From contig CM059438.1 of assembly GCA_030390025.1 (NCBI GenBank), positions 68,450,001-68,514,000 of the forward strand: a stretch of DNA of 64,000 nt. The letters are read 5' to 3'. The position numbers were made by a program, and so were the translations under genes. Below are positions 38,176 through 50,387 of this stretch, piece by piece. This DNA comes from Squalus acanthias. Lineage: Eukaryota. The notes below the pieces were generated by a model that was not told where the DNA came from, searched no databases, and saw only the letters and a list, made by a program, of their open reading frames with translations. Position 1 is the first letter of the stretch, and the number at the start of each line of letters is the position of its first letter.

Positions 38176-39839
38176 ATGAATAAAATAAAAGAGCCAAAGA
38201 AGGAGGCATTTGGATAGGTGAGCAAACGCTTGGTCAAAGACCATTTTTGTCCTTAAGATGCTGACTCACGCTGAGGTAGTTGAGCAGATATCAGCTGATC
38301 TCCAAGGCTCACACAAGAGGCCATTCAACACAATTAATTCGAGGCAGTGAGTGTTGCCATTTCATTCAACACAGCAAAGCTGTGCTTACATGAGAATGCG
38401 ACACCCAAGAAGAGTTACTGGATAAAAATCAGCAAGAACCCATGGAGTTGAATATGGCGGTACAGGCTCTGGGTTTAGTATTCCATATGAAGGACAACAC
38501 GTCTGACAATGGAACACTCTCTCAGAACTGTATAAGTGTCAGCCCAGATCATATGTGTAGCTCTTCAATACATAGCCTTCTGACTCACAGGCAAGAGTTA
38601 TACTCCTGAGCCAATCTAACATCGAGGGCTATTTGCTGGGGAATTGATTGTGGACTGTGCAAGTAACTTCCTTAACACATTGCTGTGAATTGGATTTTTT
38701 TTTTATAAGCTTCTAACCAGGCAAATTAACACAGAGTTTAATGGGATAATTGGGACTTTGAAAAGATTTTCTTACAATTGATGCTCTTCTAAGTAGGTTT
38801 TAAAAACTAATCAGAAGATTCTAACAGTTAAGCTTCAATTTCAATTAATTATACATGTTTAAAGTGCCACATTAATTACATCAGTGATTAAAATCAAATC
38901 TTGCACTGAGCAACCTGCATTTAGTGCACTGAGAGGGAAGTGGTTCGTAAATAGTTTGAATGATAAGCAATTTCTAATCACTACATGCAATATTTACCAG
39001 TTTTTGCCTCTTTGAATTTTATTTTATTATTGTGATTTTACTTTCTGTCTCCTTCCAATCTACAAGGTGCAGACTCATTCTGTGGTACAATACCAAGTGT
39101 CGAACGCACTCTGGAATCCTGTACAAGTGATGGTTTTTCATTCATGTCCCTGAGTGCTAACAGGGTATTTGATTGTGGAAAAGATTACAACAAAGAATAA
39201 TCCTGTCTGCATTGTCATCCATGGGCACGCCCACACACATGCATACACATTCCAGTAGAGGATATTAGATAGCGATTAAAACTTTGACTCATTTTCTGCC
39301 AATTGTAGCACTCGGACCGTGACCCCAGTCGAGATAAGCTAATCAGCACAAGTTTGGGGTTGAACCTAGGACAATAACAATAGCTTGCACTGTATAGTAC
39401 TGCTATCCTTGTCTGTCACACCAGGCATCGCATTTACCAATTGAGCTATCAGGGGAAGGTCAGTGCTTTCACTTTAAAGTAAAACTCCTGCTAAGTATTG
39501 CGTTGACACCGCTCAATTATCCGAAACATCACCAGTCATCTTTTGGATGAGATGTGATACCATGGTCCCATTTTTCCTGCCAAAGACCCCTTGACATGAC
39601 TCAAAGGGCAGGGAGTTCTCTGGGTGCCGTGGCCAACGTTTCTCTCTCAACCAACATCACCAGCAACAAACAGATAAGAAAAAGAGTTTGCATTTACATT
39701 TAATGTCTATCATGGGCTTGGAACGGGGCGCTTCATAAAGTATGAATAATCTGAAAATGATAGATGCACCAATCAATTTGCACACAGCAAGGTCCCACAA
39801 ACAGCAAATGAGATAAATGACGAGTTAATCTGTTTTTGG

Positions 39840-40684
39840 AATAAAAACAGAAAATGCTGGAAATACTCAGCAGGTCAGGCCACATCTGTGGAGAGAGAAA
39901 CAGAGTTAACGTTTCAGGTCGATGACCCTTAGTCAGAACTGTTTTTAAGCAAGTGCAGGGGCAGGGAAAGGGGGGAGGGAGGAAAGAACAAAAGGGAAGG
40001 TCTGTGATAGGATGGAAGGCCGGAGAAATTAAGAGACATTAAGGAGATGGCAAAAGGAGATGGTAATGGGACAAGTTAAGAAACAAAAGATGGCTCTAGA
40101 TGAAGTGTAAATGACACTGGCAGAAGGAGAGACAGCTGCCATGTGGGAGAGAGAAAAAAATATATAATAAATAAAATGAATGGGAAAAAAAAGGATAGGG
40201 GCAGAGGTTATGGTCTGAAATTGTTGAACTCTATGTTGAGTCCAGAAGGCTGTAAAGTGCCTAATCGAAAGATGAGGTGCTGTTCCTCGAGGCCGAGGAC
40301 GGTGAGGTCTGAGTGGGAGTGGAGCGGAGAATTAAAGTGACAGGTGACCAGAAGCTCGGGGTCAACCTTACGGACTGAACGGAGGTGTTCTGCAAATTGG
40401 TCACCCAGTCTGCGTTTAGTCTCCCCAATGTAGAGGAGACCGCATCGTGAGCAGCGAATACAGTACACTAAATTGCAAGAAGTACAAGTAAATCACTATT
40501 TCACCTGGAAGGAGTGTTTGGGGCCCTGGACAGTTGGAAGGGTGGAGGTAAAAGGGCATGTGTTGCATCTCCTGCGCTTCATTGGAACAGTGTAAGAGGC
40601 CGAGGACGGTGAGGTCTGAGTTGGAGTGGATCGGAGAATTAAAGTGACAGGCGACCGGGAGCTCGGGGTCACCCTTACGGACTG
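39840..40684 (-). mobile_element. Penelope-like element 3' fragment with GIY-YIG endonuclease remnant
   Basis: ORF 40208-40468 reads YCIRCSRCGLLYIGETKRRLGDQFAEH...CHFN...QPSGLNIEF. 13-bp TSD aatctgtttttgg (39827-39839, 40685-40697). Confidence 0.9.
39904..39940 (-). ncRNA. Minimal hammerhead ribozyme, second family, core-mutated
   Basis: Reverse complement AGUU-CUGACUA-A-GGGUC auc GACCU-GAA-ACGU-U-AACU. G8 is replaced by U, so it is probably inactive. Confidence 0.65.
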
Positions 40685-42098
40685 AATCTGTTTTTGGGTT
40701 GTCTTGGTATAAGGAGGAATGTTGACCAGGGCAATGGGAGAACTCCCTCCTTTTCTTTGAATATTACCATGGGATGTTCCACACCCAACTGAGCTACCAG
40801 AACAAGGAGATGAGCCTTGGGTTTAATATTTCATCCAGAAAATGGCACTTCTAACAGCACAGCATCCCCTCCCCACCCCACCCACCGCCCTCATCCACCT
40901 AAGTAGTGTCAACCAACATTGTGTGCTTCAGCCCAGGAGTGGGGCTTGAATGCCAGCCTTCTGACTCAGAGGTGAGAGTGCTACTGACTGAGCCAAGCTG
41001 ATCATGAAGTGGTCATCTCATTACCGTTGGCACAGAAAGACTGCTGCAGTTGCCTAAACAACAGTAATTGCATTTCAAAAAGTAATTCGCAGTGTGGTGC
41101 TTTGAGACGTTTCAATGATGTTGTAAGGAACTGTATCAATTGGAATATGTTTTTTTTCCTACTTCAGAAGAATCCAGCTGAAGCTTGTGTTTCATTTTCC
41201 TAAGATGGAAAAAGGGAAACAGCATGTGAGCATAAATCTTTGACATTTTTCTTTCCTCCATTTCATGGCATGTTCTCTTTTCCCATTGCCCTCGGAAACC
41301 TTTAGTGGGTATTCAAAATGCCTTCATCTCTCTGATCCCCCCCCGGCTGAAGTTTCAACTTTATTCAGCAGGGGATGCACATAATTGTAGACATGGCTAC
41401 TATTTGTCCTCCAGGCATCAGAATGTAGAGCTTATCTTGTGTGCAGTAATTAGGTACATGCACATGAATTCTTACACCTTTGGTCGTGCTTCTTTTTTCT
41501 AAGTTAGTTTTTGTTGATCTGAGAAATCACTTCATTTGCACGGCAGCTTGTGTCCAGAGGGTGCGGATTAAGCCCATCTGTCCTTGACTAAGGGTCGTAG
41601 ACTGCTGCAGCATGATATGAACTCAGCTGCAATCAACCAAGTGACTCCTAAGAGCATTAAAGTTTGGTGATTTAAAGGGACATTCCAGCCGATTTAAAAA
41701 AAAAATGTATTCATAAATTTTCAGGAAGAATGCCCTTTGCAACGTGCTGCTAGGCTGTGAGAGGGAGCTGTTTTACTACCTGATCTGCACTGTACATTGG
41801 AGCCACTCATTTAGTGACGACTCGTCTTTCTGCCTAGATTTCTCTAACCCACCTATGATTTTTAGCTAACACTTCAAGTGTCCCTCAGAAGCCTCTGTAT
41901 CATCCACTTGTTTAAAATTTGGAATAAGGTTACATTTATTACACAGTTATGGTCTGAATTAACTGGAACCTCACTCACCAGTCTCTGCCTCCTTCTGTCA
42001 ATTTGAGCGCACTTTGGCTCTGCCTCATACTTAAGCTGCTTCGCCTTCTTCGTCCTTGTGTCGGTCCTTTTCTTCCTCCTCCAGCTTATGCTGGGCGT

Positions 42099-42262
42099 CA
42101 ACGTTCCCTGTCATTTTATTTTGGGCCGCGCGGCCCCTTTAACGGGCTGTGCGGCCCATTCAAAACACCGCCCGTGCATGGTTTTGCTATCTCAAAGCCG
42201 GCTCACCGGCTGCGCGGGACCGCCAGAGCGCTGCGCAGCCGTGCAGCTTAAAGGGAACAATG
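42099..42262. mobile_element. hAT-type MITE (164 bp)
   Basis: TIRs caacgttccct / agggaacaatg. 8-bp TSD ctgggcgt vs ctgtgcat (6/8). Confidence 0.65.
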
Positions 42263-43942
42263 CTGTGCATCCTTGTGCCTCTTCCTGTTGCTTTTTACCC
42301 TTCATCCTCATACCTGCATGCTGCCCTTCCCTCCTCAAATACTAGTCCACGCACTTGAAATTCATGACATCACTGGTTCTTGTCTCCCATTGCTGCCAGA
42401 CAATCCCATTCCAGTTCACTGTCCATTTCAATTTGGACTTCAAATTGGCCATTTATTTTAATTTAAACTTTGAATGGCCCGTTTAGGCTGCAAGTGGTGT
42501 TTATCCCACGTAGGCTGCCACCAATTGTTGTTCCTCTGATGCACGTGGTCAGGGCAGCAAGGCAGTTTCCATGAGCAGACTTGAGTTTCCTACAACCCAA
42601 AACCTGTGCTCATCTGCATGCTGTGAGTGGAGTAACATGTCGTGGACTTAACTCTACCCACTTAACTGCTGTACGGTCCTCTAAAGATCACCATAACGTT
42701 CTTGTCTTCACCAAAAGATGCCACACTACTAAACCAATGATGAATTTAATAGACTTATTTACAAGTGGAATAATAAGTGGAATAATGCACCGAAGCAGGA
42801 AGGTGCAAAAGAAAGCTAAAAGTATCATCCTTAAAACAATAAAGATAGAATCAGTTCACTAGAGATTAGAATGCCCTTTTCCAGAATACATTTTCCACTG
42901 TTTATTACATGGCGAGGCATTTGGATGAAAGGGTCTTTGGTGGACATTCTATCACACTCCTTACTTGTGCCTTGTAGATGGTCGAAAGGCATTTTTAAGT
43001 CATTTTCAGTGATTTAAAATCGGGTTACTCACAGGTGGTGGACTAGACACTATTAAAAATGCTTATTTTTTATGATAAACCCATTTTCAGCAATATTGGA
43101 GTCCAGCAATTAATTTGGAACTGATCTCGACTAAAGTTGCGCAGTGAGGGCTGTGATTTATGCCAGAGTTAGTCTTGCATGTCACAGGTGTTAATACTGT
43201 CTTTGTCTCCACTCTACCTCAGTCTGTAGGCTCGTTGATTCTCACTGAATGTCTGGATGGACCTGGGCACTTTTGCGTATTTGTCACAGAGACTAAAGGG
43301 ATTCCTTGAAAAATACAACCGGCTAAAACCAATTTCTAATGCACGTTTACCTTGCCTACTTCACCTGAAATAAAAAAATATACTGCAGGCATCTCCCAGA
43401 ATCGTGATACATGATGCTCAGAAGCAGGAGTCCAGCCTGTTATTCACCTCCGCACCACCTCCCCAACCCCACCCCCAGCCTAAGGGTACAAAGGTCAATT
43501 GTACCAACTGCATCCCTGCCTGAAATCATCTAACTTAGCACAGACTGGGATGTGAACCAAAGTAGTTCTGCTCTGCATGACTTAGTATTGTAGTAGACAG
43601 TGGGGTAGAGTTTCCTCTTTGGGCACAATCTGGAACCTGGGCGCAAATTGCGCTGATTTTAAGAAGTGAAGTTATGGTTCATGTTTCAAGCCCAAACTTA
43701 TTTGCATAATCACAAACGTAAAATCTTCCATGAATCAGTGTAATCGGTTAGCGTAATAGAACGTAATTGTTTTACTTTTTGCATTAAAAAATATTGCTTG
43801 ATATATCTAAGAGTGGTAACCTGGTGCAGTTTTATTAATACAGCTGAAAATGGGTTTATCACAAAAAATAAGCATTTTTAATAGCGTCTAGTCCACCACC
43901 TGTGAGTAACCTGATTTTAATCACTGAAAATGACTTAAAAAT

Positions 43943-44495
43943 GCCTTTCTACCATCTACAAGGCACAAGTAAGGAGAGTGATGAAATACTCTCCACTTGC
44001 CTGGATGAGTGCAGCTCCAACAACACTGAAGAAGCTCCACACCATCTAGGACAAAGCAGCCCGCTTGATTGGCACCCCATCCACCGCCTTAAACATTCAC
44101 TCCCTCCACCACTGGCACACCGTGGCTGCAGTGTGTACCATCTACAAGATGCACTGCAGCAACTCGCCAAGGTTTCTTCGGCAGCACCTCCCAAACCCGT
44201 GACTCCTCCACCTAGAAGGACAGGAGCAGCAGGCGCATGGGAACACCACCACCTACAAGTTCCCCTCCAAGTCACACACCATCCTGACTTAGAAGTATAT
44301 CGCCGATCCTTCATCGTCGCTGGGTCAAAATCCTAGAACTCCCTCCCTAACAGCACTGTGGGAGTACCTTCACCACATGGACTTTAACGGTTCAAGAAGG
44401 CAGCTTACCATTACCTTCTCAAGGGCAATTAGGGATGGGCAATAAATGCTGGCCTTGCCAGCGACGCCCACATCCCATAAAAACGAATTTAAAAA
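43943..44495 (+). mobile_element. CR1/L2-group LINE 3' fragment (second family)
   Basis: Aligns with 37757-38175 and 32605-33055. Confidence 0.85.
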
Positions 44496-45128
44496 AACTA
44501 TACTGAACCAATTACTAGTTTCATTGGTGTACACTAGTCATTTTATTAGTAAATCAAATATTTTGTAATGGCCCAGAAATTCCAGTCGGAGGCTTCCCGC
44601 GGGCGCAAGCCCCCGACCTGCACTTAAGAGGCGCGCCTACCGTTATGCTCTGGGCCCGCACAGAATTCCGTTGCTGTGCCTGCTCCAGCTGCCGGTGTGC
44701 AGGGCACGCGTATCCCAGGGGCGCAGTTAGTTCGCAGCGTCCCTGGGATCACGTGGGCCATGGGGAGCCAATCAGAGCAGGGAATCTCCATTCATAGATT
44801 TGACAGGAAGACCTGTCAAATCTATGAATAGAGATCGGCCCCAAAACCTAAGTAAAACTTCAAATAAATTTTTAAAAAACATCACATTTTTAAAATAACT
44901 ATAAATTACATAAATGAACTACTTTAAACAAAAACTTAAATTTTTGAAAAAAATAATTAAAGTTTTTAACGGGGCTAAAAATAAACTTACCTTTCTTTAA
45001 AGTATTTTAAAATGATAAACCTGTGGAAAAAATGTTTTACTTTTACTTTCTTCACCTCTTACCTTGTTAAAAGCAAAAATGAGAAGTCGCACAACACTAG
45101 GTTATAGTCCAACAGTTTTATTTGAAAT

Positions 45129-45163
45129 TACGAGCTTTCGGAGCGCTGCTCCTTCGTCAGGTA
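45129..45163 (-). ncRNA. Minimal hammerhead ribozyme
   Basis: Reverse complement UAC-CUGACGA-A-GGAGC agc GCUCC-GAA-AGCU-C-GUA. Confidence 0.78.
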
Positions 45164-45192
45164 CAGGTACAGTGAGGGCCTCACTGTACCTG

Positions 45193-45228
45193 TACCTGAA
45201 GAAGGAGCAGCCGCTCCGAAAGCTCGTA
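45193..45228 (+). ncRNA. Minimal hammerhead ribozyme
   Basis: TAC CTGAAGA A GGAGC AGCC GCTCC GAA AGCT C GTA. Predicted cleavage after 45225 (CUC). Confidence 0.78.
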
Positions 45229-46595
45229 ATTTCAAATAAAACTGTTGGACTATAACCTGGTGTTGTGCGACTTCTCATTTTTGTCCACCCCAGTCCAACA
45301 CCGGCATCTCCGCATCATTGTTAAAAGCAGGCCTTGCGCCTGCTTTTTCCACGCGCAGCTGCTAGGGACTTACCCGCACTGCATCAACTGAGAAAAAAAC
45401 GGAAGTTCGATGCGTACGCGCTGCCTCTCCGGCGCACGCGGTTGACCTTCGAACCCCTTCCTTCAAGAGAACGGAAGTTCTGATTTCCAGCGCATGCGTG
45501 TACTCGCCCGTAGGGAACGGAATTTCAGGGCCAATGTTTAAAACTTTTAGAACGTGCCTGCGTGCCCAAGAAAACAAACTCAATTTGAAGCATCTCCTCG
45601 AACGGACACAAACGGGCGTGAATCGGGGGAAATTCGGCCTGTTTGTAATTTCGACCTGGGGGGTGTAGCCAGCTTTGTGGGCGGGACCGGCTTCCGGCGC
45701 AGTGTTTTTTTTAAAGCAGAGTTAAAGATTGCGGAAACGGGAGTTGCGGGTAACTTGCGTTTAAAATTCCGCGATCTTTTGCACTGGTTTGGCCGATTTC
45801 AGCCCGGATCGCGCAGATGAAACCAGCGCAAACTAGCGGAAGCTCCTGTGTGATTAGCAACGAGGCCACTTGGGGGAGCCAGCCAGCCAGGAGTTGTAAG
45901 TAATTCCCCTTTTTTCTCATTTCACTGTAAGTCAGATTGACCACATTCCTATCTATCATTGCAATCACTTCAGTGTAAAGGAACCTCTTTGTATTGGACT
46001 TTAATGTAGTGGGTAGTGAAAGGAATCAAACTTCATGCTGCAGAGCTGCCATTAACTGGAAGCAGTTGTGGTTTCAGTACTACTGGTTCCTCAGGGATTT
46101 CAAATGGACAATGATAGATGGACAGGCTCGGGAAATCAAATTACGTCTCATTTATTCCCAGCTAAGCTGCTGATTTTTATTCTCTGCCCATTGCCCCCCT
46201 GGAGAAAGCTGAACCCATCAGGCAAGGGAATCAATAGCTAAAAGCCATTTAGGTGCATTGGGCCAGAGGGGCATTCACGAGGCCAGGGATTCTGCTTGTA
46301 TATCATCTTCCTGTATGGGCATAGATTTACTGGCGTCACTTAAACTGTATGTGCATTTCCAAGCCATATTAGAAAATTCATAAACTTTATCTTATCCACT
46401 TCATCATTCATTTGAAGGCGTCATAAAAGTGTAACTTGTCAATAAGCAATCGCTGAATTCATTTCTTTTAAGACTTTGCCTGGAATTTATGTTTCTTCTG
46501 AAGACCAGTGATTTTGAGACCTGAGATAAAAAGCAGTCAATCATTGCAATCACTTCAGTTTTTTTTTAATTTATTTGTTTATTTTATTGCTCCAG

Positions 46596-46695
46596 GGTTT
46601 GCTGCTCATCACGGAGCAATGCGCAGAGGTCAACCATGTGTCTGAGTGCAGAAAAGGCCTCAGTCAGCATGATCTGCACAGGTGTTTACTCTCAG
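46596..46695 (+). other. Candidate 100-nt exon of an unidentified transcript
   Basis: Long T-rich tract plus ctccag acceptor and CAG|gtaggc donor. Two frames are open, but I recognise no protein. Confidence 0.25.
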
Positions 46696-48295
46696 GTAGG
46701 CTTCCTTAGCTTCTCCCTGTATTACTGATTGTCGAGGGTATCGGGTTAATCTGTTCTGAAATGCAGAAACTAAGTTGAAATGATTCTTGGATCTCCTTTA
46801 ATGTTGCTAAGAGTAACATGCAAGTCGGCTGTCTTTTCTTGTCACAAATCGAGGTGCAAGGCCAAGGCATACGGTACGGGGCACCACCAAAACCGAAAAG
46901 AACGGATGAGATGAATTAAAAGAAAACACTTCAGCAACACCCAGATTGCAGGAGAGGGAAGAATGAGGGAGGTAAGCAGTTCAGTGATTTTGAGGTTCTG
47001 GTTATATAATATTGAGTGGCTGTTTTGCATTTAATTGACAAAGCACACTTGTCTTCTACCAAGTTTCACTGATAGACGAAAATCAAAACAAATAGGAAGC
47101 AAAGTGAAATCTAATATTTTTAGAATCTCCACTTTGGGCCAAATGAGTTGTCAAAATTTTTGACCTGCTGTTCAGTCACAACATGAAGTTCGTGTCGGCT
47201 CCATTATCAATATTAAATCGGAGTAAGCTTTGAGGTTGTTACAACACCCACTTGTTTACCTAAATCGGCACTGAGAGTGCTTTTACCGTGGGGGGCCAAG
47301 GAGCTTGGGGGGTGGGTGGAAATAGATGTCATTGAGCTTTTATTCTTTGGTTCAAAAGAATATTTTCTTCACTGGGATGAGAGGGCACGCGCATGGTAAA
47401 CAGCATCTGCTGAGGAGATTGTGATAATGTACTACTACACTAACCAGAGAGAGAGACACCCAAGTCTTGTGAAATTAAGCAGGGTGAGCTACCCAGGAGC
47501 CTAAAATGCACTCGGTTGAGAGATCTTGGGCATATTTTCACAGGAAGTGTTAACGTCAAAATAAAATGTGACATTAATCCTCTGCTGTAAGGCTACGTGT
47601 CTTATGACTTCAATGATAGTTATCTAATAATGCTTTGCAGAAAAGTTAAGATGCTTTTGAGAACCAATGAGTTTGTGGTGAGAACAACTAGAGAAGGCCT
47701 TTCGAATGAGCCAGCTGCTGTAAGCTACTCATCAAGTCTGTGTTAAATTCAGTGACATTAATATTTTGCAGGTTCTACTGAGAGATTTGTGTCTGGAAAT
47801 GTTCGAATGCTGTAAATGAACAAATTGCTTCCAAAGAAAGTTTACAGTCAGTCATTGCTCCTTGATAGTTTCTCACAAGATCGGCATGGACGGAGCTGAC
47901 TGCAGGCCGGGACTTACTGTGGGTAAGATATCAGCAACAGAATGTTGGGTGAGTTGGTATTTTTGTAAGGTACAGTTTTGAAGGTCAGTAAGGGGAGGGT
48001 TGAGAAATCAAGCCAGAAAGTGGCAAGAGTGGCTGAAGCTTTTGATAGGGATGTTTACGATTATTATAGGGAACATCCTGCACTAATGAGGCAACATCCC
48101 ATCAATCAGCTACAGAGTAGGAAAGCTGTAACAGACTGGAGCAGCTGAAGCAACTTCTTGAAATCTTCTGTAGTTGACACGAGTAATGAATTGAGAGGTG
48201 TACCGATTTATTATTTTGATGCCTTCATTGATACAACTCTGCAAATCCTGGCAAAATGGAATTGCAGGATATCGTCACTTAGAATGCGACCCGTT

Positions 48296-48520
48296 GGCCG
48301 GCATTTTCCTTAGCTGGGTGGGTCCGGTGCAGCCGGTGTCCATGGCGGGTCCCGACCCCACTGCTGGCTCCATCCCACTGTACAAAATGAACTTACCTCA
48401 ATAGAACCGATTAAGCCCACCTAGCGCGTTACCCATCCCAATTAGATGGAGCGAGTCTGGTGACGTCATTCATGACGCATTTGAAGCCGGGATCCTTAAA
48501 GGGACCAAGGCCACATTAAA
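48296..48520 (+). mobile_element. Truncated left end of a Harbinger-type element related to 61988-62215
   Basis: Shared motifs taagcccacc, tgacgtcattcatgacgc and ccttaaagggacca. Confidence 0.55.
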
Positions 48521-50387
48521 TTTTAAGTTTAGTCTAACATAGTGGGTGTTGAATCTTTACTCTACAATAATATAATAAAAGTTATATATGAGTGACAAAG
48601 AAATATTTAAATAAAATTATCATTAAGTAATATGACTCCATCTACAAATACGTTGAAGAACATAATTTAAAAAGTACATTAATTGGGAAGTTTATTGGTG
48701 TTTTAGTCATGAATCTATAGACTTTTGTATCAGTAGCTGGTACAAATAAAAGATGTGTGTGCATAGGTAATACATAAAATTAAGCAGATTTTAAATGTAA
48801 TTGTAAAGGGGTGGATTTACAATCTTATTCAAGTTCAGTGGAAGAACTGCGGAATCCCTGACAAACAGTGTAAATGGTGCTTACAATGTGTTTCTGGGAT
48901 TTCTGTAGCTCTTCTGTTGAAGTTAACAATGGACAAGTGAGAGAACCTCCGCAGAAATTCATCCTAAAGTCTCAGACTGAAAAATTACATGAGTCATATT
49001 CAGGGACTGAAAGCAAATTGAACCATTGGAATGAGTGATGAGAATGAAATTGTTATGGTTGATGACTTGATTTAATGTGTAACTGGACAATCACAGTATA
49101 CTGTGAGAAAAACCTGACCAGAAACAACACAACAATGTATTTAAACGGTATATGTCATTTTTTATAGTGCAGATCAATTCACTGCAATTACTGTTGAGTT
49201 GGAAGGCAACAGCTGAGAATGGCCACTGAAAAAATAACATTTACCAGTAGCTTTTCCAGTAGAACAGAATCTCCATCAATCTGTTAGCTGATGTCATCAA
49301 CATGTTTTTATTTTGGTTTGTTTTTCATGCTGTCAACTAATCAGTTGGAGCAATGGCCACGGAACCCACGCCTCAGGTTGACAGACATGGTTCCTGAGCT
49401 GCATGAATCCCATGGCCATGCAGGGAAAAAGGCTCTTAAGTGCCTGTAAAGTACATCATAATGATCTCAATTGGGTCCCCCGCCGCTGCAGGTCGGGTCG
49501 GTGAATAAGAATAAGTGTTGGCTCCTCTTTGTCTGGGAGAAAGCAAAGACAATAATGAGCAAAACCATTAGTTGTAGTGGATATTGCAGGAATTGGATGA
49601 TCAGATTCAATGGTACAGACTACCAGTGATCATAAGCACAACTATCTGCCCCATCCCACCCCCCCCCACCCTCGCCCTCGCCCACCCACTATCCGCCTCC
49701 CCCCCCACCCCCCCAACTCTATGAGACCACGAGAGATTGGTACCTTGCCCACAATTAAATTGCAACAGTTATAATAACAACTCCTACATCAGTAACCTGA
49801 CATGAAACATTCGGAACAGTAAAGAGAAAATAGATTTACTTTGTGCCGTGCTTTCAGTGCAGACATCAGGTACCAGCAGACAGTTTTTGACAAGACACTG
49901 AAAATGGCAGGAAGATGTGGCACTGCTCTGTGCTCAGCTGCCTTTCCTGTTAAAGGGACAGATACTTTCAAGTTAAAGCCAAGCCGATTTTGAATTCTTC
50001 AGAATAAATCAGAATTTTCTTCATTCTTAATTCAGGGTTTGTTGCATATCATTGTAACAATAATGAAGTATCTTTGTGCAAGATTTAGCATGGGATTTGT
50101 ACTTTAATTCTGTTTTTGGTACATTAGAGTTTAAAGACTAGTTTTACTTGTAGAAATCAGTTCTCAATTGTTACAGATTTCAGTCAGTTTTGTCATTTAT
50201 TGCTGTCTGAGGGAAGGGCCAAGCCATTTAATTCAAATACAAACACCTTGTGAAATTTGTGAAAATGTGTATTTGATTGGAAGCTTTTTCTACAATTTAA
50301 ATTGACAGTTATTTAAATGTGCTTGGTCCCAGTCACTTTTTTGAAGGTATTTATGTACCTGATGTTCAAATTAAGGATTGAGTCTGT

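Larger units (their letters stand above)
39670..41000 (-). mobile_element. Deu-domain SINE interrupted by a Penelope insertion
   Basis: SINE sequence at 39760-39839 continues at 40685-41000 across the TSD. Confidence 0.65.
45076..45317 (+). mobile_element. Penelope-like inverted pseudo-LTR palindrome with 3' tail
   Basis: Arms ~45074-45177 / 45179-45283 and tail 45284-45317. 12-bp TSD ttgttaaaagca (45064-45075, 45318-45329). The empty site is visible in the paralog at ~54290-54301. Confidence 0.88.
44570..45532. mobile_element. Harbinger-type MITE hosting a Penelope palindrome
   Basis: TIRs ggcccagaaattcc / ggaatttcagggcc and TSD AAT. Paralogous to 53792-54557. Confidence 0.85.

Noticed and set aside
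41583..41605. ttgactaagggtcgtagact resembling the second hammerhead family
   Set aside because: It lacks CUGA and GAAA and has no flanking Penelope sequence.
49650..49715. C-run tracts (also 20650-20700, 24340-24352) as functional G-quadruplexes
   Set aside because: Low-complexity sequence with no supporting context.
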